Assembly (NCBI GenBank): GCA_963693365.1
Contig: CAVNZM010000001.1
Span: forward strand, 15,991,840 to 16,055,839
Length of the DNA: 64,000 bases
From: Amoebidium appalachense
Lineage: Eukaryota > Protista > Ichthyosporea
Direction of reading: 5' to 3'
This document shows positions 60,546 through 64,000 of the stretch, piece by piece. The stretch's first letter is position 1. The number at the start of each line of letters is the position of its first letter. A program made the translations under genes and the position numbers. The notes below the pieces were generated by a model. It saw only the letters and a program-made list of their open reading frames with translations. It was not told the origin of the DNA and searched no databases.

Positions 60546-61297
60546 ACATTCACCCACCAACCCACCCACCAACCCACCCAACCACCACCACCACACCACC
60601 AATACCACCCATACACACTGAACACCTATCCGCCCACGTGCACTCAAACAACTGTTACATGGCACGACAATATAAATATTCCTACTTTTTGTTGTTATTT
60701 TATAAGTAACATTGACGTTGAAGTCAGCAAAATATGCATGAAGGTGCAGCAATACGAGCAATTGTAGTGCAGTTCATGTCAATCGTTCACCGTACACGTG
60801 TGTAGACACGTGACGGTGACGCGATGAGTGTGTGTTTGTGTACGTTCGTTCGTGTGTGTGTGTGTGTGTGTGTGTGCGTGCAACGCCGTGCGTGTGTGTG
60901 TGCCTGTGTGTACACGCTGTGTCAGTCCACAGCACACGTATTAAAAATGACCATACTTATGCCATGCTGATTCTTTCAACGGACACATCGTGGCACAGAA
61001 CGTTCATATGAGATCTATCGATATCCAAACTGTCAGAAACGGACAACATACGTTACATATCCAAAAGATCATGATCCCCGATCTGTATGTGCAATGTATC
61101 CATCTACGTGCGGTATCATTAGTTGTGAATTCGAAGTACCTGTGAAGTACCCACGTACGCGTACACTCCTCCGGAGTCTGCGCTTTGAGACGACGAGCCC
61201 GGGATATCATATCCTGTACGTCTAACAGGGTGATCTATTTACGTACACTGCAGCTATCACACGTTGTGCCGCAGGGCTGCGTTTGTTTATTTCGGGG

Positions 61298-61317
61298 CAC
61301 GGCCATCTAGAAACACC
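61298..61317. mobile_element. Terminal inverted repeat of a larger member of the CACGG TIR family; other end not in window
   Basis: CACGGCCATCTAGAAACACC is the exact reverse complement of the right 20 bp of the mini element at 7303-7337. Confidence 0.75.
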
Positions 61318-62817
61318 AGATAGATCTATTAGGTCCTACTACGTCCTCGGACGGCTCAGATCAGCACGAGGCGTTTTTCGAGGGGAGAATAGGTTGACGT
61401 TAGCAGACGAATAGCAGATATTCGCAGCTAAATGCATTATGGGCGGCTCCAGAGTAGCTGCTCAGAATTGACACAGCATTTAATTCTTCGTGCGCATGCT
61501 ACAGCAAGTTCTAAAACACATGGATTGGTGCCAACACCGTCGGCACCGACCGTTACATCCCAAAGTGTGTAGAGCGAAGTCCAAGATCTCAGCTCAGAGG
61601 AGTGCAATCGCAGACTTCGCAGTTAGGTGGAGCGCAACAATTGGCTCAATCATGAGCATTCCAACCAATCACAAATGTAAAATTAACACATTGATGAGCC
61701 AGATCTGCCACATCAGAAATATTAAACTAATCAATAAGCGTCATTGCTCTTTTGCCCTAGTTCAAAAGAGGCGTTCAGATTGCTTGAATGTTGTTCTCGA
61801 GCGGGAGGAGGCAGCGGTGAGAGATGACACGTGTTCGGTCAGTCGGCGGTAACGGCTACATAGCGGTGCAAGCTGATTGGCCCTAACGGGTAGAATGTTA
61901 AGCTCAGTCGTATGTATCTTTAGTGATTGGATATAGATCAGGTATAGTTATGAAGTGATCCGTAGTTATCAGTAGATAGGTGATATGATTGGTGGCTTTT
62001 CCACTGTTCTAAAAATGTGAGTGAGCCGCGCACCAGCTTTGTAGAGCTGGCTGTGGGCGTCGTTCGTTCAGTTCTTGTTTTTAGAGCTAGTGTGTAGGTG
62101 AAAAGAAAAAAGGGGAGGGAGCAACGTGATAAGGTAATAATTAGGCTGTTTGGGTGTTTTCTTGGTTTGGTGGCACCTTGTGTAAAGGGGCAGAAGCTGA
62201 GACCTCAGTCTGATTAGTTGGTGCCTTACGGTTTGCTCTTGCTTTCTCTTTGGTTTTCGTTTTAGCGTTTGTGTGAGTGTCTGGCATCAGAGGTAAAAGG
62301 GATTTGTAGAGTTAGTTGGTTGAACTAAGTTTGGTGGTGCTACTGTAAAAGCGCACAAACTAGTTGCCTTAGCTAGCTGTCCTTTTTTCTGTTGACTTCT
62401 GCAATTGTCACACGAATTCTGGCAACTCAACGTTAACCAGCTCGTTCTCCTCATTTTCAAGGTTCCTTTTTTCGCTCTAGATATTAATACGACTTTTACA
62501 TTTGTCTTTTCCCTTCAGTATGTTGTTTAGCTCGCTAGCGCTGAGGAGTCTTGTAGAGTGAAAAACTACGTAAATTTTGTCTGTCTCTCTGCCTATACAG
62601 TCACAGTGAACTTTCTGAACTCCAAGCATTACAAATACGTGCTCTGCTTTCCTTGACATGGGCAAGTGAGCCTCTCTTCTTCCCGAGCAGAAGTCTCTTA
62701 TATACGACATTGTGAGTCAATGCACGGTCTCTACTAGGTAGTCGAGCTCGGTGTAAACACACGGCCTCCCCCTGTGGGGAGGTGCGGGGGGTGTCACGGT
62801 GGCGCGCGTGTGTGTGG

Positions 62818-64000
62818 ATGGACCGTTCGATGGCAACAAGGATGCCTAGGCCCAGCTTCCACAGATTCGTACCCCCCTGCGCCTCCCGCAGCTGCCCAGC
62901 TGAGGCAGGGGGAGGCCACGGTCCACAGCCTTCGTTCCCGAACACAGCTGCCACGGAACCAGCTGAGTTTGGTTCTTTCCCTCGGAAGTGGTACACCGGT
63001 GAGCCCGTAGCCCCCCATGTTAGTACCCCTGGTGAGGGCGTCACGGGCGCGGCTGAGCCAGGCTTGTTTCCCCATGTGTCTAATGATTTACTTCCACTTC
63101 CCCTTTTTGTAGTCCCGCTGTTGCTTGATGGTGTTAGGTTGTCCTCTCCAAGAAGACGTGGGAGGTTCAACAAGAGATTTGCTGTGTTAAAGTTGGTTAA
63201 TAGAACCATAGCTGCAATCAACACGTTGTATAATGGGCCACCTGGCTCGGTAGAATCTCCTAGGAACGATGTTTGGCACAACATGCACGACACCTCTTCC
63301 CAGAATCACACACACTTTTCAACATTTTCCCCTCCTACCAGCACACATTTTTTTCCCACGCCTTTTCCTAAATCCACGCACTTTTCTCATGCACCCTCAC
63401 CGGCACAGACACAATCCATTCAGCGAATTTTCGTTTTTTGCGCGGATATGCGCCGCAGGATCAGCAATGTCCCCTTAGCGGCTGTGTCTGAATCTTTCCC
63501 ATATTTCAATCACTCAAAAGCTTTCACCCCCATAGTTGCTGAGCGTATTGCCCTTCCTCCTGAGGGGTTTGGGGCAACAGTTCCGCTCCTAGAGGTCCTT
63601 CCACCTGACCTCAAGGAGATGATGGAGAAGCCAAACGTGTTGGTGGTGGCGTCAAATCGCACGGGTGACGCGGTCGGACAGCCGAACGGTCACGGAGTTT
63701 GCGGGCTTGGGGGCGTGTTGGCAACTGAGAGCACCACTGAGGGTGCTGAAGGAGCCCACCCTTTGCCCGGGCGTCCTGTCCATGCATTTGCGTCGCCTGC
63801 GGAGTGGCCTATATTGGCTAAGCGTATGTATGTTTGTGGTATGGTTGCTTTTTCAGAAATTTCGGAGCCCCCAAAGATTATCAATGGTTTATTTGCGGTG
63901 GAGAAAGATGAGAAGGAAGACCGTCTTATCATGGATGCTCGCCCCATGAATGCAGTCATGATAGACCCGCCCAATCCGAATTTTCCCAGTCCGGCAGATT
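62818..64000 (+). CDS. Reverse transcriptase ORF of a DIRS-like (tyrosine-recombinase class) retrotransposon, 3'-truncated by the window edge
   Basis: Frame open from 62716 to the window end (first ATG 62818) and absent from the ORF track. It encodes DLLPLP, NRTIAAINTLY, PIVAERIALP and the RT-start motif NGLFAVEKDEKEDRLIMDARPMN. The family assignment is from recalled motif similarity. Confidence 0.75.
   Translation, partial: MDRSMATRMPRPSFHRFVPPCASRSCPAEAGGGHGPQPSFPNTAATEPAEFGSFPRKWYTGEPVAPHVSTPGEGVTGAAEPGLFPHVSNDLLPLPLFVVPLLLDGVRLSSPRRRGRFNKRFAVLKLVNRTIAAINTLYNGPPGSVESPRNDVWHNMHDTSSQNHTHFSTFSPPTSTHFFPTPFPKSTHFSHAPSPAQTQSIQRIFVFCADMRRRISNVPLAAVSESFPYFNHSKAFTPIVAERIALPPEGFGATVPLLEVLPPDLKEMMEKPNVLVVASNRTGDAVGQPNGHGVCGLGGVLATESTTEGAEGAHPLPGRPVHAFASPAEWPILAKRMYVCGMVAFSEISEPPKIINGLFAVEKDEKEDRLIMDARPMNAVMIDPPNPNFPSPAD

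Noticed and set aside
62601-63293. 230-aa minus-strand ORF
   Set aside because: Mostly the antisense shadow of the plus-strand RT frame.

Overview
Eukaryotic genomic DNA with GT-AG introns packed with poly-G/poly-C, (CA)n/(TG)n and (CT)n tracts, which produce most of the ORF track as noise. The animal-type RhoA and PSTPIP-like genes suggest a unicellular holozoan such as an ichthyosporean (inference only). Host genes I could splice by hand: N-acetylglutamate synthase (+, 4 exons), coiled-coil/BTB/NHL protein (-, 3 exons), RhoA (+, 4 exons, 193 aa), an intronless ricin-B lectin protein (-) and an F-BAR/SH3 PSTPIP-like gene (+, about 15 exons). There is also a frameshifted calcium-binding EGF pseudogene and an OTU + CXC + Myb-like + zinc-ribbon gene bracketed by a 23-bp inverted repeat. 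Mobile DNA includes a TRIM-like LTR element with a copia-type PBS, two 5'-truncated copies of a LINE with an unusual 3' end, several MITEs, a 35-bp mini-transposon with a 9-bp TSD whose terminus recurs at 61298, and the start of a DIRS-like reverse transcriptase ORF running off the window. The oddest segment is a roughly 4.6-kb AT-rich, TpA-rich island with no long ORF inside an intron of the F-BAR gene, ending in stacked tandem repeats. All coordinates and counts were read by eye, and no database search was run.
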